Source of the DNA: Lingula anatina
Lineage: Eukaryota; Animalia; Brachiopoda
DNA: 64,000 nucleotides
Reading direction: 5' to 3'
Assembly: GCA_051362555.1 (NCBI GenBank)
Contig: CM120649.1
Coordinates: 9,672,001-9,736,000 of the forward strand
In this document: piece after piece, positions 1 to 13,432 of the stretch
How the letters are laid out: each line of letters begins with the position of its first letter
Numbering within the stretch: the first letter of the stretch is position 1
Position numbers and translations under genes: made by a program
Notes under the pieces: generated by a model
Told to the model about the DNA's origin: nothing
Databases searched by the model: none
The model's input: the letters and a program-made list of their open reading frames with translations, nothing else

Positions 1-826
1 CCATTGTTGTTAAACGTCATACACATCCAAGATCATACATAGTGGAAGGAAATGACCGTGTATACAGACGTAATCGTCAGCACTTAAGATCATCAACAGA
101 AAAAGCACATCACTATAACCCCAATTTTGTTGACTTGGAGCCATGTGATGAGCCATTACATTCACCTATCAAGGATCAGCATATAGTACCTAAGGAGACA
201 GTAACACCAACCCGAGATATTGTCAAGGATCAGTGTAAAACACCAACAAAAACAGTGACATCAGCAATTAATACCCCAAGGATTGTAACAAGATCTGGTC
301 GTGTGGTGAAACCGCCAGACAGATTAAATTTATAACTTGTGTTTTGTGAATGATTCAGTATTAATTTAATACTACATATGGATTTTCATGTGGACTTGCT
401 TTAAAGCAGTTTTAAGTTATAATGCAAAGACTCAGCCAAAGACTTTTCTTTAATTTTCTTTCATTTAAATGGACTGTTAAAGACATTCTCTGTGGAGCAT
501 GAAATGATTTTAAGTTAAAGTAAAAAAAATATATATATTTACAAAAGGACTAGATCAGAGACTCTGAATGCTCTTCTCACATTGAACATTGAAAGACTTT
601 AAGTTAAAGTGAACACTCACAAAGAACTGTGAACACCAAAAACTGAATTTATTTTAATTTACATGCTTTTACTTACTTTATTAATCTTAGTTGATTATAA
701 AGAGGGAGATGTAACATTTTATTTGTCTTAAGCGACCACCTCTTATTTTACAATGTTGTAAGCGACTTGAATAATACACGTGTGTTCCAGCATGGCGGCT
801 TACAGAGTTAGCACGTTTATGTTACA
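1..826 (+). mobile_element. Gypsy/Ty3 LTR retrotransposon, 3' end (integrase C-terminus, 3' UTR, PPT, 3' LTR); the rest lies upstream of the window
   Basis: ORF to 335 ending VYRRNRQHLR...TRSGRVVKPPDRLNL, typical of metazoan Gypsy pol C-termini. Polypurine tract AAAGAGGGAGA at 699-709 is followed directly by TGTAACA. Near-identical to the copy at ~47.8-48.7 kb. Confidence 0.92.
710..826 (+). repeat. 117-bp LTR (TGTAACAT...ATGTTACA)
   Basis: TG...CA ends with an 8-bp terminal inverted repeat, preceded by the PPT. Identical by eye to 48548-48664, and homology between the two Gypsy copies stops exactly after TGTTACA. Confidence 0.88.
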
Positions 827-1746
827 GTGGGCAGAGTCTTATTATTCAATGATGATAATAATAATTGTAGAAGTAGGGCTACATGTAGTCGCACAAAAGC
901 ACATTCCTTAATTCTGTGATCTATTCTAGGGTGTAGGTTTTCGTATATTTTTAACTGTACCATCAACTTACCAGCTTTGGACAACTGGCGAGCAGACAAC
1001 TCCGTGCTTTTGATTTCCTCTAGGGATGATAATTTCACTGTTGTCAGGTGCTGGTCTCGTATCGGCAGTTGCCGCAGGGAGCGTGATTGAAATCAAAACT
1101 TGGCACATTTTGAAAGTTTAAGTCGGACAAAAGAATTTCAGGTGACCCTTTTAATCAGAGCTGCCAGGTAAGCTAACAGTTTAATTACTGCAACGTACAG
1201 GTAAATTGAGAGTTGCGATAAGTTCACCTTCTTCCTATCTCTCCATCAACATATTTCTTGAGACTGCCTTTATTTTCGTTCACTGTTCCACAAGGATAAT
1301 TATCAAACGAAGAACATTGTATGGAGAAGGGGTTTTTATTCATTATTTTATTCATGAAACAATAAGCAAACTGCTTGTTTCAGCAGAAGGATGGGAATAT
1401 AAAACCATTTATTTAAAATAAAGTTCTTAAAAAACTGTTTGCTTAAAGCAGTCCATCAAGATACACGTGAACTAAATCTGGATTGAATAAGTTGTATGAA
1501 TAATGTCATAAAAGAATATTTGCTATATGAATATATGCCAGACATTTCACTCATTGCGATGGACAGAATATTCTGCTATAAAATCGAAAAAAAAAAACAG
1601 AAGGTACTGGTGACAGCCCGTATCGGTAATGTATAATTTGGCAGAGCAAGCTTACATGCACCAAACCAAACAAATTTCAAAAAACAATTTTTGTAACATA
1701 TTTATTGGTAATGGTAGCCGGTCAGATTCCTTGAAAACATTATATA

Positions 1747-3228
1747 CGGTAATTCTCCAATCTATACGAACGCCGCAATAATTACGAACGAAACGTTTTT
1801 TCTCTGAATCTGAATTTTTTGTCTCCGTTCTGTACGAACGATCGCTAAACTCACCTTGGGCACAATTTAAATTTTCCGAACGCAAGAAAGTGTGCCCGAT
1901 TGAAACTCGCCCCATGATTCGTCAAAGCGAGGTTTCAGACCAACGTTCCAAACAAAGGAACTGCCACTTGACAGGAGAGATTGTTATCATGTATTTGTGC
2001 TGTTTTTGAATGAGACGATAGGAGGACTCAACCTGCCCGCCGGCAGCTACAGGGCAGTAGTTTTAAAACCCTATTGTTATTGAGAAATTGTTGACAGCAT
2101 CAGTACGCATAAATTACTTACCGTTTATTATCATTTTTTAACTTCTGCCGGCTGACTGGATCATCAACATCCACCATCAGTGTTTCACCGATAACTGGTT
2201 TCTAGTAAAATCTATAAACTTGAAACCCACGCACAACAAAGAGTATGAGAAATCCATTGTCAATGATCGAGTTTTTCATTTGTTTTTGGTAGTCATCAGG
2301 AACTTATTTTTTTAAGAGGAGTTCTGTCTTGTATTGTGTTTATTTTTCTAATTTGAGTTGTGATAAAGTTAATGTACTTTTTGTTTGTTTGTTTGTTTGT
2401 TTGTTTTTCCTTGTTAAAGGAACATGAACAACTGTTAGGTAAACCTTACTGATATTAGTGATTGTGAAAAATAAAGGTGCCGTATGACCTTATACAAATT
2501 TGCCTGCAGTTTTCTGTATTTTTTCTAATTAAGTTTACATTGATCGCGTGCAAATTAATATGCTGTAAAAGACTTTCATAAATAGACTTGAATTGAGCTG
2601 ATGTTATTTTTTATATCAAGTATAATCTCTATTAACGTCAGTGATATCTACTGTGAGGAGTTTCAAGTATTTTGTTTTGGCGGGAGAAATTTATGTAGGC
2701 CTAATTGGGGGGGGGGGGTGACATTATTAATATTGCAAATTTTCTATATGTGAAATCATATTAAAAGTAAACACGCAATAAATAAAATATGCAACTGGAA
2801 ACGAAAATATTCTTGTCTGTTTTTGACAGAAGTTGGGAAAAACGATGTTGTCCTGTCTTGGTAAAACATAACAGGGAAAAACGATGATGTCTTGTCTTGG
2901 GAGAAATGTACCTCTTTAGTATGAAGAAATTGTTTTTTAACTTGAATTCCCGACTTTTGTTTAGTTTGTTTTAATTCATTGCAATATCGCAAGAATAATT
3001 TGTTTGTGCTTTTAGCTGATCACAGTGATTTAATCTGAAAGTAATGCTTACACTTAGCAATGTAGGTAAGTGGAGCATTACTTCAGGTACAGCCGTATTC
3101 CATCCGTATTTCAATGGATACGAACGCGTGGCAATTTTTAGCAGACTGAATTTCAAGCCTTACGAACAAAATGATTATCTTCCAAAAATAATTAATTTAA
3201 ATTGTTCGTATAGATTGGAGAATTACCG
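1747..3228. mobile_element. Non-autonomous Tc1/mariner-like element, 25-bp TIRs, TA TSD
   Basis: CGGTAATTCTCCAATCTATACGAAC (1747-1771) and its perfect reverse complement (3204-3228), each flanked by TA. The empty site is visible in the sister copy near 51590 (GTATGGTTA|TATAATG). Confidence 0.9.
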
Positions 3229-4042
3229 TAACCATACTGGCAGAGACTAATAGAAAAGTGCAATAAAAACAGATTGGCTAGGTCAGCAAGTAGATGTAGT
3301 TATCGATGAAGATTACTTCTGACAAATGAATTGCGGTAAAAAATGATAAAAATTTTCACCACAATCAAAATAAGCCGTAAAGCCAAAATGTCACAAAAGA
3401 TGACAAAATTACAAGTAAGACGTGGCACTTCTTTGACTTTGGCATTTTAAGTCCAACAAAAGATTTTGGTGACACGTTTAGTCAGAGTTTACCTGCCACG
3501 TAAGTTAGATTAATAACTCCAAAGAACAGGTAGACTGAGATTTTCGATAAGATCATCCACTCATTTCTCCATCTCCGCAATTCTTTGGAGCGTCCGATAA
3601 GATCTAAAGGGACTCGGGCACGTGGATTACACGCAATTACCATGATCGTTGATTATCTTCCTTAAATGCTTGCTTAAGCTCCGATCATCTATTTTTAGCC
3701 GACTCCATGTTCTTAGAAAATCCTTTAAAAAACCCTTTCTACAAGCATTTAATTTGATGTACGAGTCAATGGATATTATCGTCGTCGTCTTAATCTCCAA
3801 TTGAATACTCCGCGCCGCTTCATAATTAAAAGTAAAAAAAAAAAGAAAAACATGTTTGGATAGATTACCTGGCCCCTGTTGTTCTTCGTGATCGAAAATG
3901 ATGTTAAAAGGTTAGGGCAAAGCCAGGTTAAACTGCAATCAATTATATGTTCAAAATTTATAATAGTGTGAGCATTTCAATGTAATAATTTGAGATGAAA
4001 TTGATGACTCAAGGAAAAACGTACGTAAAATACGCCGTCTTA

Positions 4043-4280
4043 AGCCTAGGTCTCAACCGAATGTACGGGCTGCTACTTGTGGTCTACGGCCAAAAAAATG
4101 GGGAAAACGTGGGAGTTCGTGCGTGAGGAGCATGTCCATCGTGCGACTTTTGGAGGATGCAAACAGCACGTAGAAACTTTTTGACATGATCAACAGCCGC
4201 TATGTGCGATCTCGCTACGTCCTTGCCGGACGCTAGTAACCTGAAAACCGTGCGTCCAAAACGTAGTTGGGACCTTGGCT
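4043..4280. mobile_element. PIF/Harbinger-like MITE (TTA TSD)
   Basis: Imperfect TIRs AGCCTAGGTCTCAAC / GTTGGGACCTTGGCT, with TTA at 4040-4042 and 4281-4283. Also present in the sister copy at 50541-50778. Confidence 0.72.
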
Positions 4281-4819
4281 TTATTATAGGATTATGGATC
4301 CTTTATTTTTAACATTCAGAATCAACAACACATGGGAATTTTGAAATTTTCAACACAATTAACAGCAAAAAAATAAGTAACTATGTTCTATATACGCAGC
4401 AAAAACGTCTATTGAAACAATTTTAGGAGAAACATTTTATATTGTAACTGAGCCTTGAGAACCAAGACATCATTAAGAAAGAAAATACTATCTAAAATAC
4501 TACCTAAAGGACGAATACAATGAAAGCGTGCCCCATATAGATGAACAATGATTGTGTGCAGTCGGGCAGATAATCAGATAAGCGGCTGGGACTTGGGAGA
4601 TGACAATTAACGCTGTCGCTCAGCAGCATCAGTAGAGGGAGAGGTGGCAATTAAGGCTGTCACTCATCACCTCAAACGAGGCCAACTCGACTTACTTCCC
4701 GTAACCCAGCTGACTTACGCAAAGCATTGTGGCCTATTGTGTTTACCCTGTAATTATGTTAAATGTGCGATACGTAAGATTATCCGTATCCGTAATGTCA
4801 TGTTCTCTGCACAAAACTG

Positions 4820-5297
4820 TATTGTGGAGAGCTGATTTCTCAGAAGGAAGCTAAACAGAGAGAGAAATCACTCAAGTATCAACAGTCTAGTCGACACTGT
4901 TATTTGTTTTTTTTTTTCACACATGAAGATAGAAAATTATGGTAAATGTTTTATTTTTTTACACAGGGTTACTACATAATGTTCCCATATATTTGAAATT
5001 AAAATGGTTAAGATGTAAATGTTCAAATAATTTATTATCATTATTTTATTTATCATTTTCACTTTTCTGTTAGTATTTGATTTTTTTTTCAGTCTTGATG
5101 CAACAGAAACTTATTCAAGGGCTGGAAGAATGGTTAACGATAGCCCAAAACCAAACGCAGTGGTATGTAAAATTACACTGACAAAAAAAAGACCAGCTGC
5201 TCCACATTTAGTGCTTTTTGCTCTTAAAGAGATCAACATAGGGAATGAAATTGTGTATGATTATGGCGATTCAAATAATTTATATTGGAGAAAAAAG
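4820..5297 (+). pseudogene. SET domain exons, PR-Set7/KMT5A-like lysine methyltransferase, 5' part cut off by transposon insertion
   Basis: Exon 4820-4941 (YCGELISQKEAKQREK...CYLFFFFTHEDRKL) splices GT-AG in frame to exon 5093-5297 (CLDATETYSRAGRMVNDSPKPN...PHLVLFALKEINIGNEIVYDYG...YWRKK). These match the SET motifs GRxxN(H) and ELxYDY. Confidence 0.88.
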
Positions 5298-5339
5298 GTA
5301 TCTATTTTTCTGTTGCGTATAGTCTAGAAACATGATTAA

Positions 5340-5666
5340 AGGTATCTAGGATTTTGCAGCAAAAAACGATTTTTCTGGGGTGAAATGTTTTTCTCTTACT
5401 AACTTTTCTTTTATCCTTCTTGCCTGACAGTCAACATAACTCTTTTAAAATTTTGAAAATGTTTGTAAATCTGAGTGCTACACTAGTAGTTCAGAACTTT
5501 CAAACATGCCATATCACTTTCGGCTTGTGTTACTGTAAGACTGACCCAGAGACTTAAGTTACAGAAACAGTTTGTCATTATAGATACATTCAATAGGAAC
5601 TTGAGTAGATGATTTAAGTACTTCACGTGGGCTTAAAACCTGCAAAAAATCCTAGATTATATACCT
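5340..5666. mobile_element. Kolobok-like MITE (TTAA TSD) in an intron
   Basis: TTAA|AGGTATCTAGGATTTTGCAG ... CTGCAAAAAATCCTAGATTATATACCT|TTAA. Confidence 0.72.
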
Positions 5667-6151
5667 TTAATATGCATATGTCTGCATTGTATATTAATTT
5701 GATTTTTAATCAGTATGGCTCATTACCATCTATTTTTGTGGCATTCCTTTGCAAAATGTTTTTTCACAGAGAGTTACACCTGTATAAACCTGTTACTTAG
5801 GGCTACTGTCTTAAGTCCTTAGATATCTCAAAAATTATAGTGCTGCTGTAGAGATGATGTCTGACACCAGTTTTGAATTAAATAAGTAGTGTGCATCTTT
5901 ATAAATGTGTATTTGTTTTAAGCATGGGAGGATATGGATGATGATGTGAGCGACAGTGGTAAGTTTTTTTTTCTTACTTTTACTGAAGCCAGGGGCTTGT
6001 GGGGCGGGGGGGGGGGGCTCTTGAGACACAGCATCACTCCCCACACACCCCATTTTAACACCTTCTACTAATTATTGTAACATAGTATACATTTGTACAT
6101 GGTGAGAAGCAATGCTTAGTTCAGTACACTGATAAGGTAATTTTCTTTCAG

Positions 6152-9100
6152 AGTATGATCCTTATCACTTTGATTCTGATGAAGAACCTGTTGACAAAAG
6201 AATCAAGGTAATGGATACATGAAATCGAAATACTTTAAAGTTATTGCTTTTTTAATATAATATATATAAACTATCCAAAAGATAACATAAGCAACTGAAT
6301 CTGTTAAAAGCTTGGTACTCGAGGGATTTATTGTACAAGCATGAATTGTTGTTTGGAGCATCTTGTAACTACAAGCCTTTTGCTTGATTAGGTGTGCTTT
6401 ACTTTCAGAAAACAGAAGAGCCTGAGGAGATTGTAGAAAACAGTTATGGTAAGCCTATTATAAATTCCCTAAAAAATTCTGGCTGTAAAATGCTTTACAT
6501 GAGGTTACATGAGGATAACAGTGAGTTTGCTAGGTGTAAATACAGTGGGTATACATATGCAAAGGTATATCAAGTGCATCTTTATTTTCTTAATTACTTT
6601 ACACAAGTGGGATTTATGTTTATTCAGTCATTTATATGTATTTATTTATTTATTAAGGTGATGGCAGTAGCAGTGTTGTAGATCAATTTCCGTCCTTACA
6701 AAAGTACATAAGGTAAGCAGATCTGCAAACTTTCATTTTGCTAATGGTTTTAAGGCTGTATGGTATATTCATTTTGTCTCCCACTGCAGTTTGTGAGAAG
6801 AAAATGATGCATTGTCCTGTAATTTGTAAATACCCAACATTTCTTGGTCTCTGATAATATTATCATTGTTATCATTATATATGCATGCAAGGTAAAGTTA
6901 CACTTCTGTATGGGATAATAAAAAGTAGAGGGAATAGTTGATTTTAATGAAGCCTTACATGATTTATTAAAGAAATGATCCATGCATTGATTCAACATAA
7001 GAGAGAGACATGTACTAGTACATTTATATAATAAATGTATATAGTTGTGCAAAACCTCCTGTTGGTAGGAAGCAATCCAATATGTTCATTTGCTTGTTCT
7101 TTCGGGTGGTATTTAGGTATAAATTACTATTTTGATTACTTTCCATATGCATGAAACAATCTATTAGAATGTGCTCTACTTCCAATTACAGACCTTCATT
7201 GGACAAGGGTGCTGAGTTAATTACTAGTGATGAACTTGTCTCGAGTGGCATCGAATGGGAACCCCAGGGTGAGTTATATTGTTAAATAAAAAGAAAGTTA
7301 AATTGACACTTGGTTATTTCCATTTTTAATTTTTTTTTAAACATAGTCAAATTACTACTGGAAATAACTGCTCAGAGCCAGTTCTTGTAAACCTGTGCTG
7401 GAAAATACAATTATACAATAGTGTTTTTCTGAATGCTGTTTTAATGTAAGGTCTGCTTATTACTGGTGCAATATCCAATTCTAAATTGATATCTTTTTCT
7501 GTGGAATATTACACAGTTCAAATTATGTTTTAAAATTCAAATTATTTACTCATGTATGTATACATATATATACAATATAAATGCATATCTTATAATTAAC
7601 TTCTACATTTCACAACATTATTAATATAAATGCTTTGTAACTCACTAATATAAACTGAAATATTAAGGATTCCCCATAGGGGAATACTATTGTTTTTGGT
7701 AGTATTATAGTTATTATTCTTTCCGCGCGTTTTTTTTCGCAAAAAATCTGAAATAATTATCATAGGTAGCCTATGGCAAGAATATGCCACAGACCCAGTT
7801 TCAGTGACCTTGACCTACTTTTCAAGGTCACAGGGGCTTTTAAAGGCAAAATTTGTAAAATTTGAAATTGACATTAGGCCTTAAGTATAAGCCGTATGGC
7901 TATGTGCCTTATGGTCAGTGATACTGAGGTGAATCCACAGATAATGACCTACTTTTATGCAAGTAGGTCAAGGTCGCTAATGGCCAAACGGGCTCAAAAA
8001 TGGTTTGTTTCCGAGATCTCAAAAACCGGAAGGCCCAGAGCCCCGATCATAGTGGCAAATGATGCCCTATATATTTATCTAAGGTTAGCCGTACTTTGGT
8101 AGCGACTGCCTGATTACTTTTTTAAATATAGATTTTTAAATATTTATGACATCGCAGAAATCTTGAGTTTGGCTATTTCTCCATGAAACACTGGTTTTTG
8201 GTCATAGCATGCTATAGTAAACTACCCCAAACATATACCCAAAACCCCCAAATCAAATGTCAAATTTGACCTTGACCCTCATTTTCAAAGTCATTTGGCT
8301 ATTTCATTGAGAAATATTGAAGTGGGCTAAAAGTGATGTTTTGTTGACCCCCCCCCCCCCAATTCACACATGCTCTTTCAGAATATGGGGTCAAATTTAA
8401 CCCATGACCTTCACATGACCTTGTAAGAGCATTTCCACACCTATTTTGCAGGGGAATCCTCCGCCACTGGCTTTAGCCAGTTGCAGTCTAGTTATTCTTG
8501 TATCTGAGGAAAAGAGTCCTATGTGCCTGCTATTGTGTGTGAGGTTCAGTCTTTAGCTACTTTTACAGAGAGTGACCTTCAAGATTCTTCAGAGCTTTCA
8601 CCAGAAGATGTTATTAGATTTGGCGATAAGGTATTTGTTATAAGTGGAAATATTTGCTTTTAGATGGCAAGATGTATGTACATGCCGGTACAGATATAAT
8701 TCCATTCCCCTTCCTCCTCAAAAAAGAGAAAAAAAATTAGTCATACATACTGGTAAAAAATTTACCACTTAGTCAAGAAGGATTTGTTGAGTCTACTGTT
8801 TGATAACCGTCTTTGAAGTAACTTGCATAGATACTGGAACTCTGTTACTTTATCTGTTATAGCACAAGCTCCAGGCTTTGGAAGAAACTGTGATTGGAAA
8901 TGTATGGTGTCAAGAAACCAGGTACATCTTTTTAATTCCCTTACTCTTTAAATTCTGCAGTTAATTCACAACCATGGGATAAGTACATGTAACTAATTCA
9001 AATATCAAACGTGAAGTATTATCTTTCTACTTCTACGCAAGGTATTTAAGTGATGATCCTCATAATGTGGCCTGATTTGCCTTGTGCCATAAATACTCAA

Positions 9101-9944
9101 TATGTTCAAAATGTTCAATAACCCCTCCCCTTTTAAAGGAATGACTCACAAGAAAGAACTCGGCCAAAAGAGCCTGTTGTTGAAGAAGTAGAGCAAATAA
9201 CTTCCAGTCATTGTTGTGGAGTCTCCAGAAAGGTATGTTAAGTTTTTCATTGATTAATTTTTATTTTATTCCAAAGGTATTTGAATTCATAATGTTAAAC
9301 TTAGAATTTATATATTCTGTATATACAATAATGTTTATATACTGTTAGCAGTTTTTCTTTGACTAAGTTTGTTTGTGATCATTAGTTGTCAGCAGATTAA
9401 TCTTGAGCCATCTGGATTGACAGTTCCTCAATGAAGACATGCATGATCAAAAAAGGGTATGGCTGCATGAAACAAGTTGAAAACATGTCGAGACCTGGCT
9501 AAAATAGCTACTGTCTATCTTTTTGTTATAGCATGAGGTACCCATCCAGGTTTTGGAAGAAATGGAGAGTGAAAACATAAATGGTTTGGAGACACCAGGT
9601 CTCTTGTCAAGAGACACTCTTTTCTCCCCTTCCTGTTTATATTTTCCATTAAATTGACAACCTTAGCAAGGATAAATTACTCATTCAAATATCAAATGTT
9701 ATATGTTTTCTCTCTTCATCTATGCTTACCTGTAGAAATAACCAAATGTCAACAAAGTGTAAATTTAAGTGCCATATACTTGCCATAATTGTGCCTTAGA
9801 TATATACTGCTTATACGGGTGTCTTATACCCCATCTCTTTTTTAAGGGAGTGAAATGCAAGAAAAGACACTGCCAGAGAAGCATACAGTTGAAGAAGAAA
9901 CAGAGCAGTTAACTTCCAATTCTGGCGTTGGGGTCTCCAGAAAG
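6152..9944 (+). pseudogene. Series of short acidic/low-complexity linker exons between the SET and YR exons
   Basis: Short purine-rich segments bounded by AG/GT at ~6152-6207, 6409-6448, 7191-7268, 8863-8921, 9138-9232, 9531-9598 and 9847-9944. The frame was not verified across all junctions. Confidence 0.5.
7663..8492 (+). mobile_element. Helentron-associated non-autonomous element (HINE) in an intron
   Basis: 5' TT plus subTIR AGGATTCCCC with an adjacent inverted copy (GGGGAATAC). 3' subTIR GGGGAATCCT, hairpin ACTGGC-TTTA-GCCAGT and terminal CTAGTT. GACCTTGACC-rich core. Confidence 0.8.
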
Positions 9945-10089
9945 GTATGTTGAAAGCTATATGTATTACTGCCAAACTTTGTTGTCTTGAGTATTTTCAC
10001 CTTCTTTTTGAGGTATGTGTATGTAATCAAGATTGAATTTTTTTGTTTCGATGTTAAATTGTGATAGATACATTGTTTTTAAATTTCAG

Positions 10090-11592
10090 AAGAGACCTGT
10101 AAGGTATTGCCCTTACTGTGACATACTGATTAATGGTGGCAAATTAAAACGCCTTATTCAAAGAAAACACCGGGATATAGTTGAAGTCAAAGAGGCCCTT
10201 AAACTTCCTGTACATCTTCAGAATAAGTTCTTCAACCAGAAGAGGTGTGATGGGATGTATAAATACAATTTGAACATCATAGCAACATCTACAGGTGCTG
10301 AACTTGATTCAAATGTGATGATGAGAGAACGCATTGCTACAAGACCAGATGAAGTTACTATGTGTTCAGGTTGTAGAAGGTTTTTTAGCAATAGATCTTA
10401 CTACAAACACCTGAACCTCTTAAGGCTACACACTTAAAAGCCATTGATGTTCATAAAGACAAAGATTTCTGTATGAATATATTGCGGAAATTCAGAGACA
10501 ATGAGGTTGGACAGTTGTGCACCACAGATGACTTGATTATGCAAGTTGGATATTGCCATTATTCAATGCGTCGCGAGGACAAGAGCAAAAGAAACGCAAC
10601 AAGAAAGTCTGTCATGGGGGAAATGCGTGAGCTAGCAAGGGTCTTCCTCATATTCAGAGATTTGTGTGAGGAGAATGTAACCACTGAAGACATGTTCACA
10701 AGAAAGCACTTAACAACACTGAGGGAGGCCATAGAAAAATTGGTTAGCATGGATAACGGTGATGAAAAACATGGATTGAAACTAAACATTCATGCAATTC
10801 TACAAAGATGCATAAAATCTTTAAAAGGACTTTACACAGAAACAATGCAAGACTTGAAGTATGAAGAACTTGGCAACTTTCAGCAGGCTTATTTATTTAG
10901 GTCTCACGAAATGTATTCTAGCTCTCGATACAAGGCATTGTCTAACTCATTTACCAAAGCAAGGCGTTCTGAAAAGCAAGTTGTACCTGAAGACATTACC
11001 AAATTGAAGAACTTTGTAACAAAAGAAATTGCCAGACAACTTTGAATTTGGCAGATATGCTTGGTTGCGATCTTTATTTGTCTGCAGATTAACCTTATTC
11101 AATGGGCGCAGAGGAGAGGAGCCATCCATCTCAGTGGGAAGACGCCCAGAAAGGGGTGTGGCTACCAGATACAGAGGTGGAAAAAAGAGATCCTGCAGAA
11201 CAATTTCTCTTTGGAAAATACCTTCTAGCTTACTTAAATGGGAAGGGAAAGAAGTTTGTCCCTGTCCTAGTGCCTAAGGACGTGGTAAAAGCTGTCAATC
11301 ATTTGGTAAAACACAGAAAGGAGTTTGGGGTTCCTGAAGAAAATCCCTACTTATTTGCAACCAAGTCCCCAAATGCACATGCTTCTGGTTGGCACGCAGT
11401 TAATGATATTTGCTCTGCAGAAGGTGTCACAGTCAATGCCACAAAGAACAGACATTATTTGTCAACTGTATATGCAAGTCTGGGCATGAGCCCAGCAGAT
11501 CAGCAGGTCTTCTTAGATCATATGGGTCACGAAAAAAAACATCAGCAGAGATAATTACCAATGTCCAGTTGGACTCGGGGATCTTGAAAATG
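10090..11592 (+). pseudogene. Tyrosine recombinase exon (frameshifted) with N-terminal Cys/His zinc-finger-like motifs
   Basis: Overlapping ORFs 10033-11613 give RYCPYC...H and CSGC...H, then RLTLFNGRRGEEP (catalytic R), GKGKK, NPYLFA, TKNRHY and HMGH. After an A-run frameshift comes ISRDNYQCP (catalytic Y). About four frameshifts. Confidence 0.85.
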
Positions 11593-11793
11593 GTAATTGT
11601 GTTCATTTCATAATTACATGTTTACTTAAAATATGCTTAATTTCTTCATGACTATGTTAAACATTTTTTTTGTATTTGAAAATATTTGTCATTTAATCCA
11701 AACAGATATTTCTATGCATTAGATATCCATGATCTGTAAAAGACAAGATGCAGTCACTAAAATGAGTAAACATTGATTTGTTTTTGTTTTCAG

Positions 11794-13432
11794 TACCAGA
11801 ACCAGAAACGGATTTAACCACTATACAAACAGTTGAGGCAAGTGCAACTGAAACTAAAGAGATTGGTAAAAATGAAGAACTTCAGTCAGGTAATAACATG
11901 CATACCTTTACCAAATAATCATATTATTTGCAAAACATTTTTAAGTGGTTAAAACACAGTGACAGTTTTACAACTACACTGAATTTGGGAAAATGATCAA
12001 TTGAATAAAGTATATATTCCCTGTTATGTTTTTTAACATTGTTTTGCAGAAATTGTTTATATTAAATCAAAAAATAAAGTATAATAATTCAGACATAACA
12101 ACATGTGCATGGTCCACCTCCCAATAAAATAAATGTTATTATGTGGTTAATTTGCTTTGCAGAGTGCTTCAATCAATAAAAGATGTATACATATATTTTC
12201 TTTTCAGAATCAAATCTAACATGTAATCCTGTTACATTGATTGTAGAGGGCAAGAAATCTGTATCAGGTAATAACATATAAGAAAAGTAAACAATTGCTA
12301 TCTTTTATTTTATAAAATGAAATGTAAGCTAAATAAATTCAGAACAGCTATTTCTTTTTATAAGCTTCTAAAGTCCTATAGGCAAAACTAATGTCATCGG
12401 AGAAGGAAATTGTATCCATCACTTTGAAATAGAGGATTCAAATATGTTATAGATATATGTGCTTTTGTTCTTTCAGTGGCCTGGTCTGCTAAAGACACAA
12501 ATATGTTGAGAGACCATTTTTTGCCATATTTAAGTACTCACCTAAAGGCTGCGGATAACAAAGGAAGGCTTCCAAGTAAGCATATTTTATTATATGTCAT
12601 TTTCATGCATAGTACCTCTTAGATATAAGAGTCTGTATTTTTTATTTTATTATTTTTTTTTTTTTGTAATGACTAGAAGAATTGGACAATATGGTTCAAG
12701 GTGAACTTGTAACAGAGAGCAGCCAACTTTTTTCGTTTGAAATCATACGTGCAATTTTATTGAATAGCCAATTAGTACATTACATTGTTACATTGTAGTT
12801 GTGTACATTTAGAACTACAGGCATCATACAATTTTTGTCCAAACTGTATATCTGTAGAGTTTCATGTTCAAATATCCAATGGCATTTTTTAATTAGTTAT
12901 TGAAAAGATGACTCTTTTTTTTTTCTTTAAACTGGAGGAGAAAATTAAAACTATGTTGCCACGAAAATGCAATTTTTGTGAAAATTTGTATTGCTTTTGG
13001 CAGAAGTCGTGTAAACAATACCAGATGGACAAAAAACATTGTGTACTTAAGGAAAATGAATATCTGTATCTAAGTGGAAATAACTTACTTTTAAAATCCA
13101 GGCCCACAAACTAAAAATAGTAAATTGCACATAATTTTTCTAACATCTTATTTTCCAAAACTGTAACGGGGACGTAAGGAGGTCAACCAGTGACATCATT
13201 CAGCCTGACAAAACTGAATTTTGTGATTCATGGAGGCTTTGCTAATGATATTAATATATTTTTTATTTACACAGAAGGTAAAAAAGAAATAATGACATTT
13301 CTTGAGGGCCACATGCCACACTGCCTCAAGAGTTTGGAGTTACAAGAGGCCTACAAAAATACCAGGATAAAGATATTCAATGAGAGAAAAACAATGAGGG
13401 AAAATGTTAATAAAAAACTTCAAAGAATATAA
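11794..13432 (+). pseudogene. Probable 3' exons of the SET-YR gene
   Basis: AG/GT-bounded segments at ~11794-11889, 12208-12268, 12477-12576 (WSAKDTNMLRDHF...GRLP) and 13274-13432 (GKKEIMTFL...RIKIFNERK, stop). Confidence 0.55.

Larger units (their letters stand above)
827..4819 (-). mobile_element. TA-target TIR DNA transposon (Tc1/mariner-like termini), copy 1, interrupted at 826 by the Gypsy insertion and inserted in the SET exon
   Basis: Reverse complement of 50071-55148. The 40-bp TIR at 4780-4819 (...GCACAAAACTG) is followed by TA at 4820-4821. Confidence 0.88.

Noticed and set aside
4820-5297. Host KMT5A/SETD8 gene assignment
   Set aside because: The sequence is divergent (ND instead of NH), is linked to a tyrosine recombinase and sits inside a mobile-looking unit, so no gene symbol is given.
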